From the NCBI GenBank assembly GCA_001788095.1, contig MFZX01000038.1, forward strand, positions 1 through 55,301: a stretch of 55,301 nt of DNA, given 5' to 3'. Source of the stretch: Candidatus Roizmanbacteria bacterium RIFCSPHIGHO2_12_FULL_37_23 (GTDB taxonomy: Bacteria; Patescibacteriota; Microgenomatia; UBA1406; HO2-37-13b). Shown here piece after piece: positions 36,501 through 44,954 of this stretch. The first letter of the stretch is position 1. Each line of letters opens with the position of its first letter. A program made the position numbers and the translations under genes. Under the pieces are notes generated by a model. It did not search any database, was not told where the DNA came from, and saw only the letters and a list, made by a program, of their open reading frames with translations.

Positions 36501-37000
36501 AAGGAAAAACATGCAGAATATTTAGCGAACCAGAAAGAAGTGGTTTATATTGCTGTGGTGAGGAACCTCCTTCAACACCACAACCACGTCAACAAGAATT
36601 TTGTACCAGTATGAATTTCGCATATAGAGAAAGAGGCAATGAGGCAGCAGCGCAAGAAACGTGTTCTTCAGTTTGCCGAGAATTTAGCTGTACTGAAAAA
36701 AGGGTCACTTATTTTTCAGATTACCGACCTGCGCACTGGTATTGTTGTGTGAAGTATATGGGAAGAGGATTAGCTTCTACTGAATCTTTAGATATTGATA
36801 TTAAAGATATGGATTTCGACGATAATCAAGTTATCAATAGTCTTGATGTTCTTTTTGTCATAGAACACTATGCGCAAGAAACAGTGCAAATCAAATCATT
36901 AGAATATGAAAAAACGCCTGACCTCAATCATGACGGTACCGTCAATGCTCTCGATATTACGTATGTTATAAGTGCATTTGGAACTGAAGTTGGAAATTAG
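33539..37000 (+). CDS. giant prepilin-like surface protein with Cys-rich repeats and dockerin
   Basis: Start moved to MNRKQG|SISGLLLAG; poly-Gly linker; nine Cys modules; DFDDNQVINSLD / DLNHDGTVNALD. Confidence 0.75.
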   Translation: MNRKQGSISGLLLAGISVVAIITAVAGLQLNNRSLNKQVEADTMTADARLIKDSATLTKIKDNQIQIRASFCYAQDLRSGGREEWLVFPNLSNGFVLEDGKTSAHIDSGKIYTGTGFPASCEYSNRDTGEADYDAERGQYFTVTATFPQPLNSDYCPDVYLGYKGFWFQDTNRFAKIILKNHENICTPKVVPSAVPSAPVATNTPTPSPTTPPVATGSIEGKISVYACSQPDAVQLIYCENATCNLSSPLRSSGTSPQEHGIWLTDSNEDNTWIYQYKISKNSNGENLSPEKTYEFKGARAYFANTPYWSEGEDPQNKLRVKTGDKRDFTIDAQKTCGCPFNAVSYIKDVNGNYISALDGKQGLAGTHNNKQRFEKGDFPVPNFPFNHLGNNSGRIDVHYTDLGDFMSVRSFGHDALASVKLIAPGYKVLRQECKSNNPDVSACPTYKNSYSASAQELIQPELFQNLRVTCGTDLDYGWIIEAKPTPTPQPSNKGELEVAVFVTTDGRAPNSCHLRTLRDTVGGNSAWFRSGCEMKLTNKNTGETFEQNIKSYSDKKGQESGGCVGYNFSNLPFGRYELEISVDHESRLDIAKQCTRDELPAPYYRMDNIEITKGEDARNKSYTAVVYQPDRDKCELNVTTGAICDQDGGDKIVRLGPSSFLCCIEEGGSGGGGGGGGGGGSSGGVCPQWCATPEYCRSRGFEPRGLPQGESCGGSNEQWCCPPGTELPGGSGGGADLPGCCDRSLGNSQCPNGQTCSISNGSCRNGFSCDPDSGSGRGPGGGAGQSCSNGQGTCKSACGSGETPFQGPGLCSTGLTCCGTTSTERPAQCGLIYSNAGTCKRETLCPSDCIGASGGGYQCCRFATREGQCRAVGSGRSACSQCDESREDCTVDNASNAAFCCPEANQQQETLPCSNPIKSYGKDTGAFVQCMRDSACSDGICSASNVGSWFCCPKNQPPPPPPSSGGCEKTGYGAHEIPQCHDYCAGKGKTCRIFSEPERSGLYCCGEEPPSTPQPRQQEFCTSMNFAYRERGNEAAAQETCSSVCREFSCTEKRVTYFSDYRPAHWYCCVKYMGRGLASTESLDIDIKDMDFDDNQVINSLDVLFVIEHYAQETVQIKSLEYEKTPDLNHDGTVNALDITYVISAFGTEVGN

Positions 37001-37002
37001 CG

Positions 37003-37046
37003 ATGTGTGAAGTACATCACACCTGACATGTGTGAAGTACGAAAAT
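37003..37046. repeat. REP-like GTGTGAAGTAC family, tandem copy
   Basis: atgtgtgaagtac at 37003 and 37028, then gaaaatt. Confidence 0.6.
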
Positions 37047-37047
37047 T

Positions 37048-39795
37048 ATGAAAACTATGAAAACTGAAAAAACCAAACAACAGAGACAACGTGGTGCTAT
37101 TTCTCTCCTTGCTTTATTTGCTCTTGTTGTTATAGCTGTAGGTTTTGTTGCTGGTCAAAAACTCGTACAGAATACCCTTAATACACGATCATTCGCAGAT
37201 ACTGAATTCATACATTTGATACCTAATCGTGATATTCAGAGTGAATTAGAAGATCCCATTCGTTCAAGAACCTGGGATTATATTTTGGGAGGTAATCTTT
37301 GTTTCACTTCTAATCCCCCATCTGCAAATGGTAAATTCCGAGTAGAACTCTCCATGAGATTAAAGGATAAAAACAACCCCGCTAATATTGTTGAGGAAAT
37401 TATTGGAGCGTCTGTGTCAAAACTCGTGACTCATCCTGCTACACTACGCTGTAACTCTGCAAATCTGCGTAGCGCAACGTTTAACGCGCCCTTTAACATT
37501 CCTGAAAAGGAGAGATGGCTTGAAGAATGTCCTGAAATCAGCGTAAAAGTAACAACAGAAGGTAACTGGCGTCCATTGCCTCAGCAGGAAATTGCAACAA
37601 TTGATAGATCTCTTCTATGCCCCAATGGCGTACCCACACCGATAACCCAACCTACAGCACAACCCACAACACAACAACCTGGAGCACCAACTCAAGTGCC
37701 ACCTACAGCTCAACCATCAATCGCACCAACATTAACACTAACACCTACACCCCCTCCTGTGTATATTACTGGACGCATTACGGTCTTAACCTGCGTTGAA
37801 CCGAGCAAGGTACAAATAACCTTATGTGATAAGATAAATTCCAATAAGTGCACAGACGTACCTTTTACATCTGGTCCCTCCACTCACGGAGTGTGGCTTA
37901 ATGATACTAGCAATGATAAAACCTATCTATATTCTTATAGCATAGCTTTCGATCCAAATGGAGATGCTCTGGAGCAAGGAAAAGAATATACCATTCATAG
38001 CGCAAATGCATTGGTTATTAATAAACCTTATGTATCTGAAAAAGAAGATAATAAAACTGTTTCTGCTGGAACAACTCAAGATCTAACGATTTTTGCTCAA
38101 GGAAGAACATGTCCTTGTCAATTCCATGCTATTTCAAATGTTTATGTTCGTGACAATAATGGAAACCTTACTAAAACAACAGATCTTGACGGCGGCAATA
38201 CAAAAGGATCAACAAATGATATACAAGTTATCAGACTTGATAATCCCACTGGTGACCCACAATATAGAGGCAGAGTAGTTTCACCCTTTAGAAACGGATC
38301 GCTGGATGTTTCCATAGATTTTGCTGCTGTTGATATCAATAATGATATTGACTTCATTTATGGACCATATGGAAGAGATGGTTTAGCATATGTAAGACTT
38401 TACGCGTCTGAATACGATGTCGTTGGTCAAATTTGTACTAGTACAGGTGGTATTCATGCATGTCCAAATGAATCGTATGAATGGGGAAAAAATTTCCCAG
38501 AAAAAGCAGAAACCAATAAGGATTTCTATGGTCTAAGGGTTACTTGTGGAACGGATATTTCTTATGGTTGGATACTGGAAAAAAAGCCTATACAAGCTTC
38601 ACCAACACCCATACCTACCATCTTACCATCGACTACTCCCCCACAAGCTAGTGACGATGTATTTTCTGATAAAACAGGCACTATGAAGGATGATTCTTGT
38701 ACCCCACGCGGATTTGAGGTTACTGAGGTTAAAAATTCAGGAACCGGTGTTAATTTCGAATGGGAAAGATTAACAAATTGTTCTCAGTTTAAAGATGGGA
38801 CAGATAGATACTGGATACTTATTAAAAACAGTAATGGTGTAATTGTCGCTTCAAAAAGAGGTATGAAAGATAATGATACTGACGTGAAAATTTCAGAAAA
38901 ACAGCGAGGTATTCTTCCCCCAAACATCCAAATAGCAGACGATAATGAATTTAAAGCTGGTGAACGCTATACTGCCTATCTCTATGCTTATCAAGATGCC
39001 AACGAACAAAACATAAGTAAACCTGATGCGGCGTCATTCACTGGTGTAGGTAGAAGTGGTGACGGCGGAGGTGGGGGTGGAGGCGGCGGTGGAGGTGGTG
39101 GTGGCGGAAGCGGCAGCGGACAATTTAATTCCTTTAATATGATACTTATGGATGCCGATGCTCAAGATGCACAATGTTATGCTGCTACCAACGGAAGTGG
39201 TAATCCTATACATGACCAAGGAACACGCAATCATTCAAAAGGTCAATATACCTGCGGATACAACATAGGAAATAACCAAATAACAGTTGGCTTCAAAAAC
39301 AACAGTATGAGAGGCTCACAAGATCCTGCTATCCGAAACAAAGATGCGATCCGTATTATGTGGCAAACACATCGTTGTGCCGATGGCTCACTCCCCTGCC
39401 AAGATAACGAAGATGGTGTTGATAGAATGACTGAAGCAGCTGATTGGTGGTGTCTTAATCCGGGGCAGGATATCAGCTGCACATGGGATACCACTAAGTG
39501 GAAATCTAATCCGCCTGCTGTACGATGTTTTATAAATGACCAGGAAGTCACATCGAGACGGAACTGTGTCTATAGCGGATTTACTACGCTTAATGGACAA
39601 GGCATTACTATTGATTTCAAAAAAATGGATTTCAATAACGATAAAATAATCAATACAAGCGATTTAATAGTCTGTCTTGATGAATATGGAAAGAACGGAT
39701 CTAATTTACAATGCGATTTCAATAAGGATAATGCTGTAAATGCACTTGATTCGTCAGTTATGATTTCTTCCCAAGGAAGCGAAGTGGAAGATTAA
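37048..39795 (+). CDS. large prepilin-like surface protein with FN3-like segment and dockerin
   Basis: QRG|AISLLALFALVV; FEWERL...YWILI...YTAYLYAY; poly-Gly; DFNNDKIINTSD / DFNKDNAVNALD. Confidence 0.75.
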   Translation: MKTMKTEKTKQQRQRGAISLLALFALVVIAVGFVAGQKLVQNTLNTRSFADTEFIHLIPNRDIQSELEDPIRSRTWDYILGGNLCFTSNPPSANGKFRVELSMRLKDKNNPANIVEEIIGASVSKLVTHPATLRCNSANLRSATFNAPFNIPEKERWLEECPEISVKVTTEGNWRPLPQQEIATIDRSLLCPNGVPTPITQPTAQPTTQQPGAPTQVPPTAQPSIAPTLTLTPTPPPVYITGRITVLTCVEPSKVQITLCDKINSNKCTDVPFTSGPSTHGVWLNDTSNDKTYLYSYSIAFDPNGDALEQGKEYTIHSANALVINKPYVSEKEDNKTVSAGTTQDLTIFAQGRTCPCQFHAISNVYVRDNNGNLTKTTDLDGGNTKGSTNDIQVIRLDNPTGDPQYRGRVVSPFRNGSLDVSIDFAAVDINNDIDFIYGPYGRDGLAYVRLYASEYDVVGQICTSTGGIHACPNESYEWGKNFPEKAETNKDFYGLRVTCGTDISYGWILEKKPIQASPTPIPTILPSTTPPQASDDVFSDKTGTMKDDSCTPRGFEVTEVKNSGTGVNFEWERLTNCSQFKDGTDRYWILIKNSNGVIVASKRGMKDNDTDVKISEKQRGILPPNIQIADDNEFKAGERYTAYLYAYQDANEQNISKPDAASFTGVGRSGDGGGGGGGGGGGGGGGSGSGQFNSFNMILMDADAQDAQCYAATNGSGNPIHDQGTRNHSKGQYTCGYNIGNNQITVGFKNNSMRGSQDPAIRNKDAIRIMWQTHRCADGSLPCQDNEDGVDRMTEAADWWCLNPGQDISCTWDTTKWKSNPPAVRCFINDQEVTSRRNCVYSGFTTLNGQGITIDFKKMDFNNDKIINTSDLIVCLDEYGKNGSNLQCDFNKDNAVNALDSSVMISSQGSEVED

Positions 39796-39796
39796 T

Positions 39797-40396
39797 ATGA
39801 AAAGCCTAGCTCAAATACTTGTATACGATGTTCGTGATTTCACAACGCTAAGTCCTCAAGTAAAATTCCTCCTTAGTATTCAACTCATCATCCTTTTTAT
39901 ACTAAGTATCCTTGTTGGTGTACTTTTTTCACCTAAATTTAAAGCGCAGGTACAACAGCAAAACGTTATACAACCATCACTTGTTGAAGAACAAACAGCG
40001 ACTTTATCATTTGAGCCAAAAGATATTATTTTAAAATCTGGGGAAGAAAAAAGTGTCTCTATTTTACTCTCAGGAAAACCAGCAAGTGCTGTTGATATAG
40101 TCTTATCATATGATCCTACATTACTTCAGATAACCAACATGACAAACGGTGATGTCTTTGATCAAGAAATTATCAACAAACAATCTCGTGGAAAAATTCA
40201 GTTCTCTGCGGCTCGCTCTGCTACAACTGCACAACAAAAAGAAGGTATCGTAGCAACTATGAAAATCACAGCTTTAAAAAAAACAGGTTCTACCGCTACC
40301 TCAATTAGCTTTATTAAAGACGAGACTATTGTTGCAGAAAGTGGTATAAATATACTAGGTCTTATGAATGAGGCCGTTGTACGAATATTTGATTGA
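39797..40396 (+). CDS. TM-anchored single cohesin protein (paralog of 28217)
   Basis: 199 aa; ASAVDIVLSYDPTLLQI...VATMKITAL...ISFIK. Confidence 0.75.
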   Translation: MKSLAQILVYDVRDFTTLSPQVKFLLSIQLIILFILSILVGVLFSPKFKAQVQQQNVIQPSLVEEQTATLSFEPKDIILKSGEEKSVSILLSGKPASAVDIVLSYDPTLLQITNMTNGDVFDQEIINKQSRGKIQFSAARSATTAQQKEGIVATMKITALKKTGSTATSISFIKDETIVAESGINILGLMNEAVVRIFD

Positions 40397-40408
40397 GAAT
40401 TAAAGATT

Positions 40409-42484
40409 ATGAGACTCCATACTACAAATAGCCGGAAGGGTGAAATCGCAACATCATTGACGTTTCTCGCGTTATTTGTCATAACGCTCGGTGTTTTTAT
40501 TGGCTCATCTTTAGTAACAAATCCGTCACAACAGACCACAGAAACACAGGCATTTGCACCTGAAGGAATTACTGATCTTGGTAATCGGCATATCAATGTA
40601 ACATATGAAGGAACACCTCGAAGACGAGACATTAACCCTCGACATGATATTGTTTCTGGAACGCTATGTTTTAATACAGTCACGCCCCCACAATATGGTA
40701 TATATCAAATCGAAACAATACTTGAAACACAAAGCGGACAAGAATATAAAATTGGATCTGCTATGGAAGAGCGTATAACTTCCCATCCAAATATATACGA
40801 GTGTAGTAGCCCAAACTCACGACCTCGACCATTCTCAGCAATTTATTGGAATAATCTCACAGATATTTCTGACAAGGTTGCGTCTGCATCTATAAGTTTT
40901 GCAGATGTTAAAGAGATAAGACTCCAAATGGCCATAAAACAAGGTACATGGGGTTATCGCTCAGAAGAAATTCCTGTAAAATTCGCAACACTTAATAAAG
41001 CCCTTTTTGTAGCAACGACTCCAGGTCCTACATCTACACCAAGTGCAACACCAACCACTGGACCTGCGCAACCTGCTGATGTTGAGGCGAAGGTAACAAT
41101 AAATGGTGAGCTCAAACAAGGATTTAATAAATTTGATTACATAATCGAAACATGCAATCTAAAAGCTGATGGGACCATTAATATTAGCGATTGCGGTAAA
41201 GGCGATAATAAAAGCACAGGTAATATAAGTGCTTCTGGCCCTTTCCCATACAACTCTTCACACACATTAAACGGAGTTGGAGGTGGTGAGCGTGGAATCG
41301 TGCTTTTTTATGGTTATTACACAGCTGATGGCAAGAAGGACGTTACAGGAGTTGTCGTGAATCGAGAATCTGGGCAATGCTCTGGTGTGTTGATAAATCC
41401 TGTCGGAGGAGATTTCAGATGCAAAATCACCGTAAATGGTCAAAAAATTGTTCAAGAATTCAATATAACATTACCTGATAAAAATGCACGTACATTTGAA
41501 CTCTTTTATGGAAAGGAAACCGATGCTAAACGCCTCCTGCAGAATTGCTCGATGACAGCTGATACGCTTAATAGTTCAAAAAACAGCGCTTCATCACCCT
41601 GTTCAGCTCAATTTGCCGATAACACCATTACATTAAACTATACAAATACATCTGCATCATCAAGTGCTGAAAAAATCTATTGGCAACTGCGTCGATGTAA
41701 CGGCAAACTCGATCAAAACTTTGAACATTGTATTAGAAACCAAACAGCACAAGGAATAGATATTGATAACGAGTTTCAGGAAGCATCGAGCTCTGCAATT
41801 CAACCACGACAAGTACGAACGTGTACTTTTAAACTTTCAGACTTTCCAGCAAATGAAACAGAGGAAAATATAAGAAATCTGTTTACCAATAAATGTACAA
41901 CTGCAACACCGAGTAATACACCCACACCATCGCCATCACCAACAGGAACAGCAGTCGTTGAAAGTTACTACGCAACTTTTGCCATCTATAACAATACACG
42001 AAAAAGCATATCTACAGTAAAAGTGAAAACGTGCTATGGTACAGCCCCTTGCACCACTGAATCTATTAATGCTTCAATTAAATCTACGCAGAGAGGTGTT
42101 GTCGAATATGAAATGAAGCTTCCATCAGGTGTTACATCATACAAAGTAGGATGTTCAATCATATATCAAGGAGAGTCACAAGACATAGCATGTCCGGACG
42201 AAGTGAGCACAACTATAAAACAAAATATTATTTATAAAATGGTAGCGCATGAAAACTCACTTACAGGAGGTGGTTTTACTGAACTTCAGGCAAGTGATGT
42301 AAATAGTGATGGTTGTACTAACGGAAGCGACTTCTCAGAAGTAACGAATCAATATGCCTTTGAAGTACCACCTACTGTTGTTAATAAAGGTGACATTAAC
42401 GGAGATGGAATCATTAACTCGCTTGATATCATATATACGCTAGAAAACCTTAATAAAGGTGATTCGTGTGCTTTTAATCAGTAG
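40409..42484 (+). CDS. large prepilin-like surface protein with dockerin
   Basis: RKG|EIATSLTFL; DVNSDGCTNGSD / DINGDGIINSLD. Confidence 0.75.
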   Translation: MRLHTTNSRKGEIATSLTFLALFVITLGVFIGSSLVTNPSQQTTETQAFAPEGITDLGNRHINVTYEGTPRRRDINPRHDIVSGTLCFNTVTPPQYGIYQIETILETQSGQEYKIGSAMEERITSHPNIYECSSPNSRPRPFSAIYWNNLTDISDKVASASISFADVKEIRLQMAIKQGTWGYRSEEIPVKFATLNKALFVATTPGPTSTPSATPTTGPAQPADVEAKVTINGELKQGFNKFDYIIETCNLKADGTINISDCGKGDNKSTGNISASGPFPYNSSHTLNGVGGGERGIVLFYGYYTADGKKDVTGVVVNRESGQCSGVLINPVGGDFRCKITVNGQKIVQEFNITLPDKNARTFELFYGKETDAKRLLQNCSMTADTLNSSKNSASSPCSAQFADNTITLNYTNTSASSSAEKIYWQLRRCNGKLDQNFEHCIRNQTAQGIDIDNEFQEASSSAIQPRQVRTCTFKLSDFPANETEENIRNLFTNKCTTATPSNTPTPSPSPTGTAVVESYYATFAIYNNTRKSISTVKVKTCYGTAPCTTESINASIKSTQRGVVEYEMKLPSGVTSYKVGCSIIYQGESQDIACPDEVSTTIKQNIIYKMVAHENSLTGGGFTELQASDVNSDGCTNGSDFSEVTNQYAFEVPPTVVNKGDINGDGIINSLDIIYTLENLNKGDSCAFNQ

Positions 42485-42743
42485 ATCGTTTGAACGCTCC
42501 TATTTCTTTAAGCTTCCACATAAATAAAGCTGCTTTTTTACGAGCTCCTGAATCTACAACAAATCTCAGTGCTTGTTCTAACACAGGACGTGGGATATCA
42601 CGAGAAAGCTTAATGTAGAGACTTTTGTGTTTGTGGTCATCGAGCTTTTCTGATAGATGCACACCAAATGACTGATATTCACGTGAAACGTACTTATCTT
42701 CTAAAGGATTAAAGTTTTTAAGAACGTCTTTTATTGATTTCAC
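42474..42743 (-). CDS. small hypothetical protein
   Basis: 89-aa basic ORF with GTG start. Confidence 0.55.
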   Translation of the reverse strand: MKSIKDVLKNFNPLEDKYVSREYQSFGVHLSEKLDDHKHKSLYIKLSRDIPRPVLEQALRFVVDSGARKKAALFMWKLKEIGAFKRSTD

Positions 42744-42770
42744 AAGTTTGTGTACCGTATCGTATGTTAA

Positions 42771-42798
42771 CCGATACCTAATACGTAATACCTAATAC
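42771..42798. repeat. TAATAC(G/C) repeat, identical to 5437-5464
   Basis: ccgatacctaatacgtaatacctaatac. Confidence 0.8.
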
Positions 42799-42835
42799 AT
42801 TATACCTTATAGAGTTCTCGTGATATAATATGCAC

Positions 42836-43543
42836 ATGTTCGAGACATTTGTACAGCATTTGATAGAGGCCCGTGTACCAGAGTACACTATTATTTTGCT
42901 ATTATATCTACCGCTTGTTTCATTGGTTGTGACATTTTCACGATATATCATTGGATGGAAAAGTCTCAGCATTTATTCATCAATACTCCTTACGTTCGCT
43001 TTATATCATATGTCGCGTGATGTTTCTGGTGAAGTTTTCTTGATTATAGGATTGGTGCAAGGTGGAATCCTGATATTCTTCTCTTCTCTAGTAGCTTTGC
43101 TCCTACAAATTTTTCTCGCTGAAATCCGATTACATTATCTTGCAAAAATAAGTATAGCAATGTCGTTTGTTACAATTGTGATTTTTATGTTGCTATATTT
43201 TGCGTCAGAAGTAGTGAATGATACATTCATAAAACTGAATCCAATATCGGTCCTTATTGTCATCGTTGTAATGGAAATTTTTATCAGAAGCTATATTCGT
43301 AAGGGATGGCGTAAGTCTCTTATATTGATTGCAAACACTATTGGCCTTTCTTATGTGATGTTTATTATTCTTGCACAAAATTCTTTTAAAGAATTTGTTT
43401 TAAAACATCCTGAAGTTATTATATACTCGATTGTTCTAAATATAATAATCGGTAGCTGGAGAGGTTTGCGTATAAGCGAATTTTTACGTTTTAAAGATAT
43501 ACATTCCACAACCTTCTATGATTCCGAATATCCTAAGGAATAA
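42836..43543 (+). CDS. 7TM-domain membrane protein of the ATP-grasp-associated (7TM_transglut-like) type
   Basis: LLLYLPLV..VVTFSRYIIG, IIGSWRGLRISEFLRF; TG-A-TATAAT abuts 42830, so the second ATG is preferred. Confidence 0.75.
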   Translation: MFETFVQHLIEARVPEYTIILLLYLPLVSLVVTFSRYIIGWKSLSIYSSILLTFALYHMSRDVSGEVFLIIGLVQGGILIFFSSLVALLLQIFLAEIRLHYLAKISIAMSFVTIVIFMLLYFASEVVNDTFIKLNPISVLIVIVVMEIFIRSYIRKGWRKSLILIANTIGLSYVMFIILAQNSFKEFVLKHPEVIIYSIVLNIIIGSWRGLRISEFLRFKDIHSTTFYDSEYPKE

Positions 43544-44954
43544 AAATCGTATTCTAGGAATCAACGAACGTAATTTTACGTATGTGAGGAAATATAATTC
43601 ACGTGTAGCTGCTCTTATCGCTGATAATAAAATTATCACCAAAGAGGTCCTTCAAAAGGGGGATATTCCGACAACAAAGATATTCAAAACAATAAAAAAC
43701 TTCAAAGAATTAGAGAATCTTGATTTTTCAAAACTCCCTACCGATTTCGTTATAAAACCTGTAAAAGGAGTTGAGGGTGGAGGCATTGAAATTATCTATA
43801 ATCGTGATAAAAGTGGACACTTTATTGGAACGCAATCAAAACGACTGACTGAAAGTGGAATCAAACTTTTTATGACAGATATTTTAGAAGGAAAATTTTC
43901 TCATAGTTACACTCCAGATCAGATCTTAATAGAAGAACGAGTAAAACCACATAAAAAATTTCGTCCGTTTATTTATAAGGGAACTCCTGATATTAGAGTC
44001 ATAATATTCCGCACAGTTCCTATCATGGCTATGATACGCTGGCCAACTCAAGATTCAAATGGTAAAGCAAATCTTTCCCAAGGAGCTGCAGCAAGCGGTG
44101 TTGATCTTGCAACGGGCATTACAACTCATACTATTAAGGCTACAAAAGAAGGACAAATTCATTTTGTGGATTTTGTACAAAATGAGAGAATTCGATATTC
44201 GGGTTTCAAGATTCCCTTTTGGGATAAAATTCTTACAAATGCCTCCAAAGCAAGCAAGATTGCAGGTCTTGGTTACTGTGCAGTTGACTTTCTCGTAGAC
44301 AAAGAAGATGGACCGCTTGTTGTTGAATTAAATGCCCGTCCTGGTTTAAGTATCCAACTTGCGAACCAAGACGGTCTTAAATGGAGGCTTGAACAGGTAA
44401 AACATCTCCAAATCAAATCTATGGTTCATGCTATCCGACTAGGTAAAGATCTTTTTGGTGGACAAGTAGAAGAAGAAATTGAAGCAATTGCAGGTAAAAA
44501 ACTCATTTCTATTATTCAGCCAGTTAAATTGTATTCAAAATCCGGTAAAAAAAGCGTCACAATTAAGGCAAAAGTTGACACAGGAGCATTTTATTCATCG
44601 CTTGACACAGAAATTGCCAAAGAGCTTGGGTATAAAGACGCAATTGATTTGTTCAAAAGCTACAATGTCCCTGAAACAATGAATTCAGAGAAAGAAGCAC
44701 GACAATGGAAAGAGAAACTCCATGAAGAACTACTTGCAAAAAATCCCTCTATTGTTAATACGCATACCATAAGCAGTAGTAGTGGCCATAGCTACCGTAT
44801 TGCGGTTGAACTTAAATGTCGTATCGGAGAAAAACCTCTTGATCTTGAGATCAACGTAAAAGACCGCAGTCAGTTGACATTCCCTATGCTTTTAGGAAGA
44901 AAAGATCTCAAGGAATTTCTTATTGACCCAACGAAAAAAATTCTCAACGTATGA
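43518..44954 (+). CDS. alpha-L-glutamate-ligase-like (sugar-transfer-associated) ATP-grasp fused to a retropepsin-like protease domain
   Basis: ILGINERN, FVIKP..G.GG.GI, DIRVIIF, GKANLSQG, VVELNARPGL; AKVDTGA...FPMLLGR. Confidence 0.85.
   Translation: MIPNILRNKNRILGINERNFTYVRKYNSRVAALIADNKIITKEVLQKGDIPTTKIFKTIKNFKELENLDFSKLPTDFVIKPVKGVEGGGIEIIYNRDKSGHFIGTQSKRLTESGIKLFMTDILEGKFSHSYTPDQILIEERVKPHKKFRPFIYKGTPDIRVIIFRTVPIMAMIRWPTQDSNGKANLSQGAAASGVDLATGITTHTIKATKEGQIHFVDFVQNERIRYSGFKIPFWDKILTNASKASKIAGLGYCAVDFLVDKEDGPLVVELNARPGLSIQLANQDGLKWRLEQVKHLQIKSMVHAIRLGKDLFGGQVEEEIEAIAGKKLISIIQPVKLYSKSGKKSVTIKAKVDTGAFYSSLDTEIAKELGYKDAIDLFKSYNVPETMNSEKEARQWKEKLHEELLAKNPSIVNTHTISSSSGHSYRIAVELKCRIGEKPLDLEINVKDRSQLTFPMLLGRKDLKEFLIDPTKKILNV

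Noticed and set aside
35545-39120. Poly-Gly G-rich tracts as G-quadruplex or phase-variation sites
   Set aside because: In-frame mixed Gly codons (GGA/GGC/GGT) consistent with flexible linkers
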